From: Octopus vulgaris
Taxonomy: Eukaryota
Length of the DNA stretch: 64,000 nt
Direction: 5' to 3'
Assembly (NCBI GenBank): GCA_951406725.2
Contig: OX597816.1
Location: 114,018,001 to 114,082,000, forward strand
Shown here: piece by piece, positions 52,105-64,000 of the stretch
Numbering within the stretch: position 1 is the stretch's first letter
Layout of the letters: the number at the start of each line of letters is the position of its first letter
Made by a program: the position numbers and the translations under genes
The notes under the pieces: model-generated
Told to the model about the DNA's origin: nothing
What the model saw: only the letters and a program-made list of their open reading frames with translations
Databases searched by the model: none

Positions 52105-52632
52105 CCATTTAATTTTCGTGTTCCATGGGTGGGATTTCAGACAACTTTGTATCTCCAATATAATTTGTAAGTTTTAAATGTTGCTTATTGTACTTTGGTT
52201 TAAAAAATAAAATATTCTCTATAATGTATCCTAACATGACAGTGTGATTATAGAGGAGATAACTAAAGTTTAAAATGAATAACCCGGCATATAATGTTAA
52301 TTATAATTAATCAGCTTTCTGAAGCAGTAGTTGTCAATGTAAATAGCACTAAGGTAGAGGCTGATTTTTAGTTGGGCATTTCTTGTTATTTGTTATTTTA
52401 AAGACCACAGTCTCAGTTCAGAATAAAGGAGATTAAATAACTTACCAGTAGGCTGGTTGTGATACCAGTAATGCATAGAACCAAAGAAAGTACTCAAGTA
52501 TGATAAATGTCTTGCAGGCTGGGTATAGTATGTGTGTATCATCACTTCTGTGGTGCAGTGGACAACATTTTTTTATAGTGATTTTGCCAAACCAGGTGAG
52601 ACAGTTTGTAACAATCAACTGAATCATACAAT

Positions 52633-53020
52633 ACTCTTTACTCTTTTCTCTTTTCACTTGTTTCAGTCATTTGACTGCGGCTATGCTGGGGCACTGCCTT
52701 TAGTCGAGCAAATCGACCCCAGGACTTTTTCTTTGTAAACCTAGTACTATCAGTCTCTTTTGCCAAACCACTAAGTTACAGGGACATAAACATCGGTTGT
52801 CAAGACACACAAACATACACACACACGTACATATATATATATATATACATATATACGTCGGGCTTCTTTCAGTTTCTATCTACCAAATCCACTCACAAGG
52901 CTTTGGTCGGCCCGAGGCTATAGTAGAAGACACTTGCCCAAGGTGCCACGCAGTGGGACTGAACCTGGAACCATGTGGTTCGTAAGCAAGCTACTTACCA
53001 CACAGCCACTCCTACACCTA
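52633..53020 (-). mobile_element. SINE family A, full length
   Basis: Head, internal microsatellite and tail. Confidence 0.9.
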
Positions 53021-53869
53021 TGGTTAAAATTCTTTAAAATATTACAGAATAATCTGAATTTCGTTAACTTCCAGAAATAAAGATATCTGGGATTTCCTTC
53101 AGTACATAAATTATCAGAATATGAAAGGTTTGTCTGATATTTAGTCAGCCATAAATTTGAAATTGTGCAACTCCTCTACATCTTTCAGTTGAATGTTAAC
53201 GAGACTATACTTTCTTGTCTGCTTTCTGGTGTTAGCAATAATTTTTTTAGGTTTTTTTTTTTTACCTTGATGTCTAAGTCAATGTTATTGATCATGTCTG
53301 CTTCTCCTTGATTGTGTAGACCTGATCAAAGGAATTTCAAGCATGGCAGCTCTGTCCCTTTTTTTTTCAAGAATAGTGTACTTTGGATTACATTATCCTA
53401 TGTGTCCTTTCTCAAGACAGTAGAGTGTTGTTTTGGGGAGATATAGCTGCTATTTGTAGCAGGTTGAGCAACCATGTAGAGGTTGCTGTTACTTTGTAGC
53501 TTTTATTATTGTTTTGTTTGATGATCAATCGGGATACTATTTCTATTGTAAAACTCATTACAGAAGGTCAACAACAATTGTTTGCAAACTTTATTATATG
53601 ATGGAAATCAAAGAAATTACTGCAATTATTATGTACATGCAGTGAAAACATAATAACAGACTCAAAACACAGCTGTAGCTATGTTGAGAACAATATGTGA
53701 CTTCAAAACAAAATGATTTATGATAAAGTTGGAGCCCACATGTAAATGGAATTATCCAGTCTCAAATCTTAAGGTTTCAGCACCATCCTTACGATATTAA
53801 GAAATAAGGTGTTGTCTACAAAAAAACATACATAAATAATTAATGGTGACAAAAAAACAGTATTTGTAA

Positions 53870-54130
53870 TAAAAAGCAATCTTTATTTCCAACTTTACTT
53901 GGTTGTTGAGTTAGAATACAGAATACTGCATTGTTTACCTTGAGAGGACTACTCATAGGAACTCATGGAGCATAAAAGCGCTCATATTTATATGATTGGC
54001 AGATGAGAACCATCTGCTACAGCTGCTGGAATCGTCAGATCATGTAATTTCACCCTGTTTTGGGCTCTTCAGTGACAGGAACCCAGTAGCAATATAACAC
54101 CTCCCATCAATGATTTATAAAATATCATTG
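53870..54130 (-). mobile_element. Hammerhead-bearing repeat family H, copy 2
   Basis: Homologous to 25310-25612; minus-strand AATAAA at about 53882-53887. Confidence 0.75.
54034..54076 (-). ncRNA. Type-I hammerhead ribozyme, intact core
   Basis: Minus strand GTCA-CTGAAGA-GCCC-AAAACA-GGGT-GAAA-TTACATGA-TC-TGAC: stem I GTCA/TGAC, stem II GCCC/GGGT, near-palindromic stem III, AUC triplet. Confidence 0.8.
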
Positions 54131-54134
54131 ACTA

Positions 54135-56200
54135 TTCAGGAACTGATATCACAAATAGCCTGTGGGCTTATTGCTGTAAACCTACATATTGCTGTTTCAG
54201 GAACAGCTAGATCTGAAGTTATGTAGATTTTCTGAAATAAAGATGGTAATTTAATGGTTCAGGACATGAATGTTAGTGAAGATGATTGTGGTATCTTTTG
54301 GCTAATGACCATTTATGCCTCAACAGGAGCCCAAAGCTGGATTTCTTTAGACATCTAGAAGCATTTTTAGGAAAATCTCACTTATTAGTATCAGTGGATA
54401 ATTAGAATAAAATCTTGGTTATTCACAGAGATTGCTTACATTCAAGATGCAATTCTAAGCATCTGTTGTTCTGATAGGAAAGGGAAAGTGTAAAAGCTTC
54501 AAAAACTTGTTTAGACAGTTCTAAATCTTTGCCTTAATTTCCTTAATGCACTGACGTGAATTTGAATAAATAGTCATTAAACGTAGCATAAGGTACTCAT
54601 ACTTTCAGGCAGTTGCCTACCAAAAACATTAATGATGTGTTCAGTCAACTTAGATGAAGCTAATAGGCAAAGGCCCACTTACTGGAAGCTGAACAGCTAT
54701 TTCCTACTATGGAATGGTTTCAGGACGTGTATTAGTGAATTAGTTAAATAGGCATTGATAGGAGTGAGAGCATCATCAATGACAGGTGGTAGGTTTTACT
54801 AGGAAGAAAAACAAGAGCAGCATGTATTCTCTTTTGAAAAGAAGCAACAGAAAATAGTAAGCATGAGCTAGAAAATCAACAAGAAGAGGTACGAAGAAGA
54901 TGCTTTGCAAATAAGGAGTAAAGGAGAGAGATGGTCTCTTGATCATTTTTTCAAAGTGAAACACAAAATATGAATTGTTCATGCCTGAATTCATGCACTG
55001 AAAATAAGAGCATGAAAGCCATTTGAAAGGACTGACTGGTAGAGGGACAGCATGACATCAAGGCCACTCTTTGATCTCTGATGAATTGCAAGGGGGCCTG
55101 TGCTCCCCAACTCTATGTAGATACATGCCATTTTTCATCAGTAATGACTTTATGGGGAAGATGAAATTTGATGCTTAACTTGGTGGTTTACCATGACTTT
55201 TGACCAAAAATGAAGAGTATTGCACAAAGCTTATTTCAGCAGATGAAGTGTCAGTTATGTACCAAAAGTAAACTGATGTGATTGAATGGCCTGTTGTATG
55301 AGTTTTATTGTTACATGCTAGAGTTGTCTGATATAACCTTGGCAGCTGTCTACTGAAGTTGCTAGTGAACTAGGAAATTCCTAGTTGCATGAAGCAGGGA
55401 ATAGTGACTTTGTTAAGGAAGGACCTGAACAATGTAAATGTAATAGACAATTTCAAGCCTATTATTCTGAATTAAAGATTTTGGTAAAGTTACTCATCAA
55501 AAAGTTGGTGCTTGACAATGGTAATGTCATTAGAAATGCAAAAACTTGTGCAATATCCAGCAGATTTATATACAACAAATGCTATCTCATATGGTACGTT
55601 GCAAACCAGGTTAATGGGAGTTTCAACAGTTTGTTATTTCTTTATTGCTCACAAGGGGCTAAACATAGAGGGGACAAACAAGGACAGACAAAGGGATTAA
55701 ATCGATTATATCAACCCCAGTGCATAACTGGTACTTAATTTATCGATCCCAAAAAGATGAAAGGTAAAGTGGACCTCGGCAGCCATCCTAAGAGCAATCT
55801 GTTTTGGTCCTATCTTCCATGGCTGGATCATTACAATGTGTAGTAGCATCTGTCTAGTTGCTAAACTAAATGCCACTTATCAAAATCACTTTGCATTGAA
55901 GGTTTTGTCTATCAGAGATTCCTTGTCACCTTTTTTCTATGTGTTTTGGTTCAGGAGTCATTATTGTGATGGCCAGGCAGAGGTAGCTATTACCTACACT
56001 ATACTTGGATGGGTACCACTCCTTGAACATTGTGTCTTGTCTCATTAAATACCTGATCAGACTGGAGAATGAGCTATTTTGCTTCTTATGGAAGAGACAG
56101 GTTGTGCTGGTCAGAAAATCCATTTGTTGCTAACTGGCCCTTATGAGTTGACATAACTCAAAAAGCTAACTTTACCTTTACAATGCTTTGGTCTGCCTGG
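54135..56200 (+). pseudogene. Decayed L1/Tx1-clade LINE ORF2 (APE and RT remnants), interrupted by SINE B at about 55637-55782
   Basis: GNLMVQDMNV...FWLMTIYASTGA and DFFRHLEAFLGKSHLLVSVDN (APE-like); SELKILVKLLIKKL (RT 'ELKILAKVLA.RL'); many stops and frameshifts. Confidence 0.7.
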
Positions 56201-56210
56201 AACAGTAATA

Positions 56211-56690
56211 CAGGGTGTTCAAAAAGTCTCTCTGCAGTGATTTTTTTTTAGCAATTTCGAGAAAGCTTATTGTAGGACCGATATTTTTTTAAGACACCGA
56301 GAGATGTTGCTCAAATATTGTCAATCCATTTGTAGGCCAGTCACTGAAAGTGAAATTAATAATGTATACTTTCAGCAAGATTGAGTTACAGCACATACTT
56401 CATGCATCACCATGGTGCTACTTCAAGAGTTTTTCAGTGAATGGATTATTTCGAAGGGACTTTGGCCACTAAGATCACCTGATTTAATACTATCAGGTAT
56501 TTTTTTTCTGAGGAGCAAGCAAAGGATCAGTGTACAAGAATCACCCGAAAACCATTAATGAGCTAAAAGATGCAATCATAACCTTCACACAGTCCACACC
56601 GCATCAGACTCTCCAAGATGTATTTCAGAACATGTGTAGAAGAGTCAACTTATGCATCGAAAATGAAGGATGACACTTTCAACATCTCTG
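56211..56690 (+). mobile_element. Tc1/mariner transposon remnant (internally deleted)
   Basis: TA|CAGGGTGTTC terminus; YFQQD*VTAHT...IISKGLWPLRSPDL...VYKNHPKTINELKDAII...RRVNLCIENEG*HFQHL is the DDD catalytic C-terminus. Confidence 0.9.
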
Positions 56691-57314
56691 TAGAAGATTC
56701 TTCCCCAAGTTTCCAAGCAGTAGGACTGAACCCTGAACCATATGGTTGGGAAGGAAGCTTCTTAACTACACATCCATTCTATTCCTATGGCTATGTCTGC
56801 ACCTATTACATGCACATATATTTAAAATGTGTGCAATATTCTGTGTTTTTCTTTTCGTTTGACATTTGAATTACTACTAATTTACTGTGAGGGACTTCTT
56901 TATAGGCCGTGCAACTTGTTATTGTATGAAGATTGCCTTTCACAGCATATATAATGTGTGCATTTTGCTATTGTTATTCAATGGTTTTGTATACACTATG
57001 TGTAATGGTCTTATTCTTGTCCTTTTATATTTATCAAACATAGTGCACCAACAATTAATAGTATTATCATTTTGTGCTGTCATTCACTATCTGCACATTC
57101 TTTCTATTTCAAGGACATTGTACTTTGATTAGTTTTCTATCTTTTGGAAGCTACAGTATTGATTTCTTCAAAACATTTTTTTTAGATACATTATCATTCA
57201 ACCTTTACACAAATTCTATTGTATCCTCTTCCTCTTCCTTCTGTCCCCTCCTCTTCTGTTCCCTCCTCCTCCTGAACAAAACACCCATTATTATTATTAT
57301 TATCATCATATTTA

Positions 57315-57348
<34 letters not shown>

Positions 57349-57576
57349 GGCACTGAGCCGTCAGAATCATTAGCATGCCTGGCAAAATGCTTAGGGGCAT
57401 TTCATCCATTCTTATATTCTGAGTTCAAATTCTGCTGAGGTCACCTTTGCCATTCATCTTTTTGGGGTTGACAAATTAGGTACCAGTTGAGTACTGGAGT
57501 CATGTAATACATTAGTCCCCTCCCCAAAATTTCAGGCCTTGTGCCTTTAGTAGAAAGGATTATTATTACTATTATT

Positions 57577-58105
57577 GAGGGAGAGAGTAGTGCATGCCAT
57601 CAAAGTGACACTGGGGTAAACACATACAAAACCCAGTATACCCATCATGACTACCTGTCTGATAAGGGTACACTAGGCATATGCATCACAACCATATGTG
57701 TGTGATAATAAACAATGCATGACCTTGCAGGTGGGGCCCAGTTAGAATTTTCTTCTGGTTGAGTAGCCCATCCCACTCAAAAGGTCCTTGAATATGAGTT
57801 GTTTAAGGATGTTGAACGAAATACCTATGTTTCCAGGGATGAATTATTCAAACTCCAAAGAATTCCCCTCAACACATGGCTATGATGCTCCTCTACTACT
57901 TCTGCTCATGATCAGAGATGCACATATCATCAGCCACTAAGGGACATGCTCAACTGATTGAGGTCAAACAACAGACAAGCAAATCTGAGCAGAATATTTG
58001 CTGTAGCCCATCTTTTAAACCAAGACAAATCAATGTACATGATAACACTTCCAATCACTTAAGATCAGGAGCCATGAGATCCACTGTCTGGTACTGCATA
58101 AGGGC
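57577..58105 (-). mobile_element. Family D element, copy 2
   Basis: Reverse complement of 13504-14057 with small deletions; (ATT)n flanks. Confidence 0.9.
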
Positions 58106-58120
58106 ATTATTATTATTATT

Positions 58121-58336
58121 GAGTGAGAGAGCAGTTCATGCCATCAAAGTGACACTGGGGTAAAATATACGAAGCCCAATATACCCATCATGACTACCCG
58201 TCTGATAAGGGCACACCAGGCACATGCATCACAGCCATATGTGCACGACATGATCTCATATCAAGATAAACTGCACATGACCTTGCAGGTGGGGCCCAGT
58301 TAGAATTTTCTTCAGGTTGAGTAGCCCATCCTGCTC
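58121..58336 (-). mobile_element. Family D element, copy 3 (truncated, retains the CTCTCTCACTC end)
   Basis: Matches the last about 215 bp of 13504-14057. Confidence 0.9.
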
Positions 58337-58390
<54 letters not shown>

Positions 58391-59084
58391 CAGTATTATT
58401 ATTATTATCATCATTTTGTCACTGAGCTGGCAGACTAATTAGCACATTAGACAAGATGCTTAGCTGCATTCCTTCCAGCTTTTTACATTCTGAGTTCAAG
58501 TTCTGCTGAAGCCAACTTCTTTTTTCATTCTTTCAGGGCTGATAAAATAAGTATCAATTATGCCTTGGGGTTGATACATCTGACTTACACTCTGCCTTAA
58601 GTTGTTGGTCTTGTGCTAAATTTAGAAAGAATTATTACTATTACTAAGGTAGCAAGCTGGCAGAATTATAGGAATGTTGGACAAAATGCTTTGTGACATT
58701 TTTTCTGGATCGTTATGTTCTGAATTCAAATCTTTGCTTTTCATCCTAAATTATTGGCCTTGTGCCAAATTTTGAAATCTTTATTATTATTATTATTAAG
58801 GCAGTGAGCTAGCAGAATTGTTAGCATGCCAGGTGAAATGCTTAATGGTGTTTAGTCTGTCTTCATGTTATGTGTTCAAATTCTGCCGCAGTTGTCTTTA
58901 CCTTTCAGCTTTTCGGGGTTGATAAATTAAGTAACGGTGGAACACTGGGGTCGACGTAATCGATCAGCTCCCTCCCCCAAAATTTCAGGCCTTGCACCTA
59001 TAGTAGAAAGGATTATTATTATCATTATTATCATAGAAGAAATCATTATCATTTTTATTATGTTTTGGTTTTGCTTTAATTTAT

Positions 59085-59835
59085 ATGAGTTGTACCCAAG
59101 TCTCAACCAGAGATGTTGAGGTACAACAAGGTTTTGCATCTGAAGATGCTAATAGGTGAGGTGTCATACAGCTGCTGTACTTCCATCATGCTGTTCAACC
59201 TGGGTATTATGCATAAACTTACTTGAAAATTTTTTTCTCTCCTTCATAACAGAGTGAAGCTTCTTACATCCTTCATGGTTTTCAACGAGCTTTAGCATCC
59301 AGTCATTAGATACTTTCAAGATACTTTGCCAGTCCAGTTGTGGTGGTTTTGTAGGAGATTTCAAATTGGATTAAGCCTCGACCTCCTTGAGCTCTGGGTA
59401 GGTAAAGACAATCTGCATCTGCCTTTGGGTGGTGCATCTATTTTGCAAGTCAGCAGCTCACAGATTTTCCTGTCAATCTTCCTTATTTTACTCATATTCC
59501 AGTTCAACACATTGAAATTGTAAATAACAACCAGGATTGCTAAGGAATCTATTGCTAACACCTTGTTATATGCATTTAACTCAAATCTTAGGATTGCTCG
59601 AACTCACCTGTAATATCCCTTCCTGATCTTCTCTTTCATACTTGCATGCTGAATGCCAGAGTCCTCATTTATTCTGAGGTATTTGTAAGTTTATTCCAGC
59701 ACGAGTTCTTTTATGACTGTGTCAACATTAAACACCACTGAATGTGAGGTCTTCTATTTCCTTTTCTGGAAAGCAGCCATGACACATTTATCAAGACCAC
59801 ATTCCATCCCAATGCCATCACAATGCTTTCACAGT
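59085..59835 (-). pseudogene. R4/Dong-clade retrotransposon RT C-terminal fragment
   Basis: YKYLRI; LAIDSLAILVVIYNFNVLNWNMSKIRKIDRKICELLT resembles 'AIN..A.PV..YSF....W...E...LDRK.RKLLT'. Confidence 0.8.
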
Positions 59836-59883
59836 ATGTATGTATGTATTATTATTATCATTATTATTATTATCATTATTATA

Positions 59884-60443
59884 GAGTGAGAGAGCAGTGC
59901 ATAACATCAAAGTGACACTTGGGTAAAATATACGAAGCCCAGTATACCCATCATGACTATCCATCTGATAAGGGTACACCAGGCACATGAATCACAACCA
60001 TATGTGCATGATATGGTGATCTCATATCAAGATAAACAGCACATGTCCTTGCAGGTGGGGCCCAGTTAGAATTTTCTTCTGGTTGAGTTGCCCATCCCAC
60101 TCAAAAGGTCCCTAAATAAGGATTGTTTAAGGATGTTGAATGAACCACCCATGTTTCCAGAGGTGAATTATCCAAACCCCAAAGAATTCTACTCAACACA
60201 CGGCTATGATGCTCCCCCACTACTTCTGCTTGTGCTCGTGATCAGAGATGTACATATTGTCAGCCACCAAGGGACATGCTCAACTGGTTAAGGTCAAACA
60301 ACTGACAAGCAAATCTGTGGTATTGAGCAGAATATTTGCTGTGCCCCATCTTTTATACCAAGACAAAACAATGTACTTGATAACACTTCCAATCAGTTAA
60401 GATCAGAAGCCATGAGAGCCACTGCATGGTACTGCATCAGGGC
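59884..60443 (-). mobile_element. Family D element, copy 4
   Basis: Full-length reverse complement of 13504-14057, ATT-rich flanks. Confidence 0.9.
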
Positions 60444-60479
60444 ATTTTAATAATAATTATTATTTATTATTATATGCTA

Positions 60480-61400
60480 TATCAGTTAGCAGGAATGTTG
60501 TCATGAGGTTTGTGGATGACAAATTTTCTCAGATTTCAAGGATCTTAGGATTCTTGCAAAAAAAAAAAAAAGGATTGCACTTTACTGCAGGTCAACAATA
60601 TGATTCTCAGTTCCAACAGCTTTCATTTAAGGTGTTGTGTCAAGTGCACCAATTACTACAAGGTTAATTGTCATTTTAGCCTTCTACAATCTCTTCATCT
60701 CTGTAGGATTTTCAATTTCCTTGATAGCAACTCTATTATCTATTTATTATGATATTGTAAAACAAAATCTGTGATCTTACATTGTTCGTTTCTTTTGTCC
60801 TCTGCAATAATATCTGGTTTTCTTGCTTCATTTATTTGATTAGTCTTGATGAGGAAATCCCATAAAATCCTTGTAACTCTTCTTCTCTGTCACAGCCTCT
60901 GGCTTATGTTCATACTATTTTACTGCTACTTCGAATCCACATGCTCACCTGACATACTTATGCACTCTTTTACCAACACAGTCATATCTGTGTTTGCTTC
61001 CTAAGTTTTAGCAATCTTTACTGATAATATTCTGTCTTCCCTACATACAACAGAGTTTTCAAACCCAATATCAAAGTACTAACTGTGTTTTATGCTTCAA
61101 GCAATCCTCTGCTCACTTCCTTTCATTGAGGTAGAACCTGTCAGTATTACTTTTAGTGTTGTGTGCCTTGTGAGCAGCTTCTAGTTCTATCTAAATTCTG
61201 TAGCCCTGCATTTGTCTATTTTAGAAAAAAGAGCAGAGTATCTTAATACTGGCATGACCCATGTATTCATTGCTCTGATAATATTCCGTCCATTTAATTT
61301 AGCTTCAAGCACCTTCCTAATTCTTCTCTCATACTCTTTGGAGATTTTCTCTCTCATTTGACTTTCCATTATCCTATCATTTTGCAGCATCCCTCTGCAA
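60480..61400 (-). pseudogene. Second R4/Dong-clade fragment (RT C-terminus plus endonuclease region, deleted)
   Basis: MREKISKEYERRIRKVLEAKLNGRNIIRAMNTWVMPVLRYSA; YEHKPEAVTE, ILWDFLIKT, EARKPDIIAEDKR. Confidence 0.8.
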
Positions 61401-61429
61401 TCTAATGATATTGAGGTAATTTTATACCA

Positions 61430-61600
61430 GCAGAGCTGGCAGAATCATTATCACACAGAACAAAATGCTTAATAGCATTGTTTTCCATCTTTACATTCTG
61501 AATTTAAATTCTACCATGGTTGACTTTTCCTTTTACTCGTTCAAGGTTAACTGACTAAGTTCCATTCAGGTACTAGAGTTGATGTTATTGACTAGGCTCT
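61430..61600 (+). mobile_element. SINE family B, degraded
   Basis: GAGCTGGCAGAATCATTA head and decayed central domain. Confidence 0.65.
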
Positions 61601-64000
61601 CCATTAAACTTTACAAGCAGGACCCATAAATATTTCATGGAACTCATGGTAAAATTATTGGGTTATTTCTGAAAACTTTGTCCAAAAGACCTGGAAGCAT
61701 AGCCTGCATTGTGCATAATGTAATATTGTTGACATAACTATATTTCTCCTCAAAAAATCTTATACCAATGTTAAAGATCCTTATTGTTGGCATCATCTTT
61801 CTTGCTGGTTATTTTCTTTCTGGGACTCTCTCTTTTAAGTTCATTGACAAACAGTACAAGAAGACATTCTTCAATTGTGTTTTCTTCTCGTGATTATTTT
61901 TTCAAAATGTTCTTTTTTAAAAGAGATATAATTACATACCTAAAACTTTCCTACTTCCTTTTTCTTTTAACATTTCACTGTGATGAGTCAAATGCATTCA
62001 CTTCCAATAAATGCAACTCCTGGTCGTTACTGCACATGTTTGTTGAATATTTTCAAAGTATTTTTACCAAAGTATTCTTTTAAATACTCTGTCACTGAAT
62101 ACTTTGTTAATGAAGAATCAATAAACAAACCTTTTGGAGCTTACTCAATCTGTTCGAGACAGCAGTCAGCTTGCCTGAAAATCACATCCTACCATTTTAA
62201 AAAACTGATGTATAAGGTAAAGTACTCTGGAGGACAATATGCCTCAAAAGAAAAAACTAAAGAAAAAAAAAACCAATGCCTTTCATATGTTTGCTCAGTC
62301 AAAGCTGTTCCGGGGTCAAATGAGTTACTGTTTTATATCAAGTAGCTATGGGCTTGTACCTTTCCATGTACAGGCAATGTGTATATGTGTCAACTGGATA
62401 ACAAAAAGTTTTAAGCCTCAGCTGCAAAGATAAATTGTATATAGTTTGTTAACTTAATAGCAATATTTTGATTTTAATGTAAATATAGTTTTCCCAAAAG
62501 CTTACAACTAAAAAGTTATTTTACAGTTGATACAATCTTAACAGGTGGAGCCACTGTCACAGATAATTTTGCTTGACAGTGTTATACTTAAAAGCGTGTG
62601 TAGGTGGCGTTTCTTCAGTGACGTCCAAGAAGCTTCATACTGCAAGTAACAATAAAGGGGATAACTACTTAAGAATACAACTTGTATTAGTGTGATGAAG
62701 AGGGAACTTTAGAATCTTGCCAATATCAAATACACAAAATGAGTGTGTGCATGAGAAAGGGGACAGAGAGAGAAAAAGAGGGAGAAAGAGAGAAATTTGT
62801 GTTCATAATATCAGGATATACAAATTCTTATATATCTTGATATCACAGTTATATTGGTATTCAATACATAATACAAAGAATGATTAATCAGGTGAGAGAG
62901 AAAAGCTAAGAAGCTCCGTTTTTCTCTTATTCACAGCACGATGGAACCTCCTCCTCTAACATTCAAATAAATAAGTAAACATGATAAATTGTAGCTTGAA
63001 GGAAATGTGTTTTATTATTAAAGTTGATTTGCCATCAATTTAGAAGTAAAATCTGTGAACATGATTCACTTTCTCCTCTTTTTAATCAATATGTTTTAGT
63101 CTAACTTTGTCTCCATATTGATTGATCTGATAGATATGCTTTCGTATGTTTTCAGTTAATGGCTTGTTGTCAAGATCATACTTTGTTTGGAAACAATTCT
63201 GAATCTATAATAACTTGCTTGTATTGGATGTCTTAATAAACAAAAAGAAACATGTCCATAATTAAAGTAGAAAATTATTTTCTTTTATGCCTTTCTATAA
63301 ATTATGCTGCATTCCTTACAGATTCAATAATAGAAAATAAATTTTCTCAACACTAAAATATTTGTTTTAAAAAACACTCAAAAAGCTTTTCTGTAGTCAG
63401 GAGGTTGATGCGAGTTTAATTTCCTATATTTTTCACTATAACAAATGTATATTTTAAATGGAAGTAACAATTATGGTTTCTTCTTCTTGAAGTACTTGTA
63501 CAGCTGATGTAAAATATATATTCTGGATGTGACTAAGAATCTGCAAATAATATCAAATTAGATTTAAGAGAAATGCCCTTCAGAAGTGAGGGGACACAGA
63601 AATTCTTTAATATTCCAAACAAAACTATTTTATAAGAATTTCATATGTATGCTGTGATTCTTGGTAAAAATTTGAGAAAAGGGATATTAAAATTTCGTCT
63701 ATGTGATATTTAGATATTTCTTGGATTAAAAGTAATTGCTCTGTATTATTTCTGATAGTTTAGTTACATTAAAATGCAGAAAATTGTACTGCTCATTTTT
63801 TCAGAAAAATTTTGATGATTAATAAAGCCAAGAGAAGGAACATGATACTGTTAAAAATGAATTCCTTTAAACAAACATTCTGTAAATTACATGACTTACA
63901 TTTACAAAATCTGGTGCATAAATTAAGTGTGTGAGATAGGAAGACAGAACAAAATAAAAAAATGATGCAGTTTTGGAGAAAAAAATTTAATTCCTAGAAT

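Larger units (their letters stand above)
57285..59050 (+). repeat. Array of SINE B copies (about 57347-57560, 58420-58632, 58646-58780, 58799-59012) interleaved with family D elements and (ATT)n
   Basis: Direct similarity to other copies; mirror orientation of the 13-15 kb cluster. Confidence 0.85.

Noticed and set aside
62596-62650. CTGAAGA on minus strand in a CpG-containing islet (similar isolated hits at 13860, 16560, 25687, 34980)
   Set aside because: No stem II/GAAA/stem I arrangement.

Overview
AT-rich, repeat-dense, eukaryotic non-coding DNA (large intron or intergenic). The SINE families and (TA)n/(AAT)n/(CAT)n microsatellite landscape resemble an octopus (coleoid cephalopod) genome; this is inference from repeat recognition, not a database match. 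I find no intact host CDS, rRNA, tRNA or CRISPR array, and the ORF track is almost all microsatellite or SINE read-through. The window holds dozens of SINE copies from several families, hAT and piggyBac MITEs with target-site duplications, a mariner transposase remnant, and decayed LINE pieces (RTE, CR1-like, L1/Tx1, CRE, R4/Dong). The most interesting signal is six minimal type-I hammerhead-ribozyme motifs with palindromic stem III (2490, 22669, 25371, 28187, 32498, 54034), carried by about five non-coding repeat families. Two have intact cores, two have greatly enlarged stem II, and one sits at the centre of a nested inverted repeat; they look like non-autonomous Penelope-like/retrozyme elements. 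Also present: a 554-bp (AAT)n-targeting element next to Dong/R4 remnants, several fold-back inverted repeats, a three-stem pseudoknot at 4.4 kb, and a candidate promoter/micro-exon island at 42.0-42.6 kb. All coordinates were read by eye; repeat boundaries are approximate.
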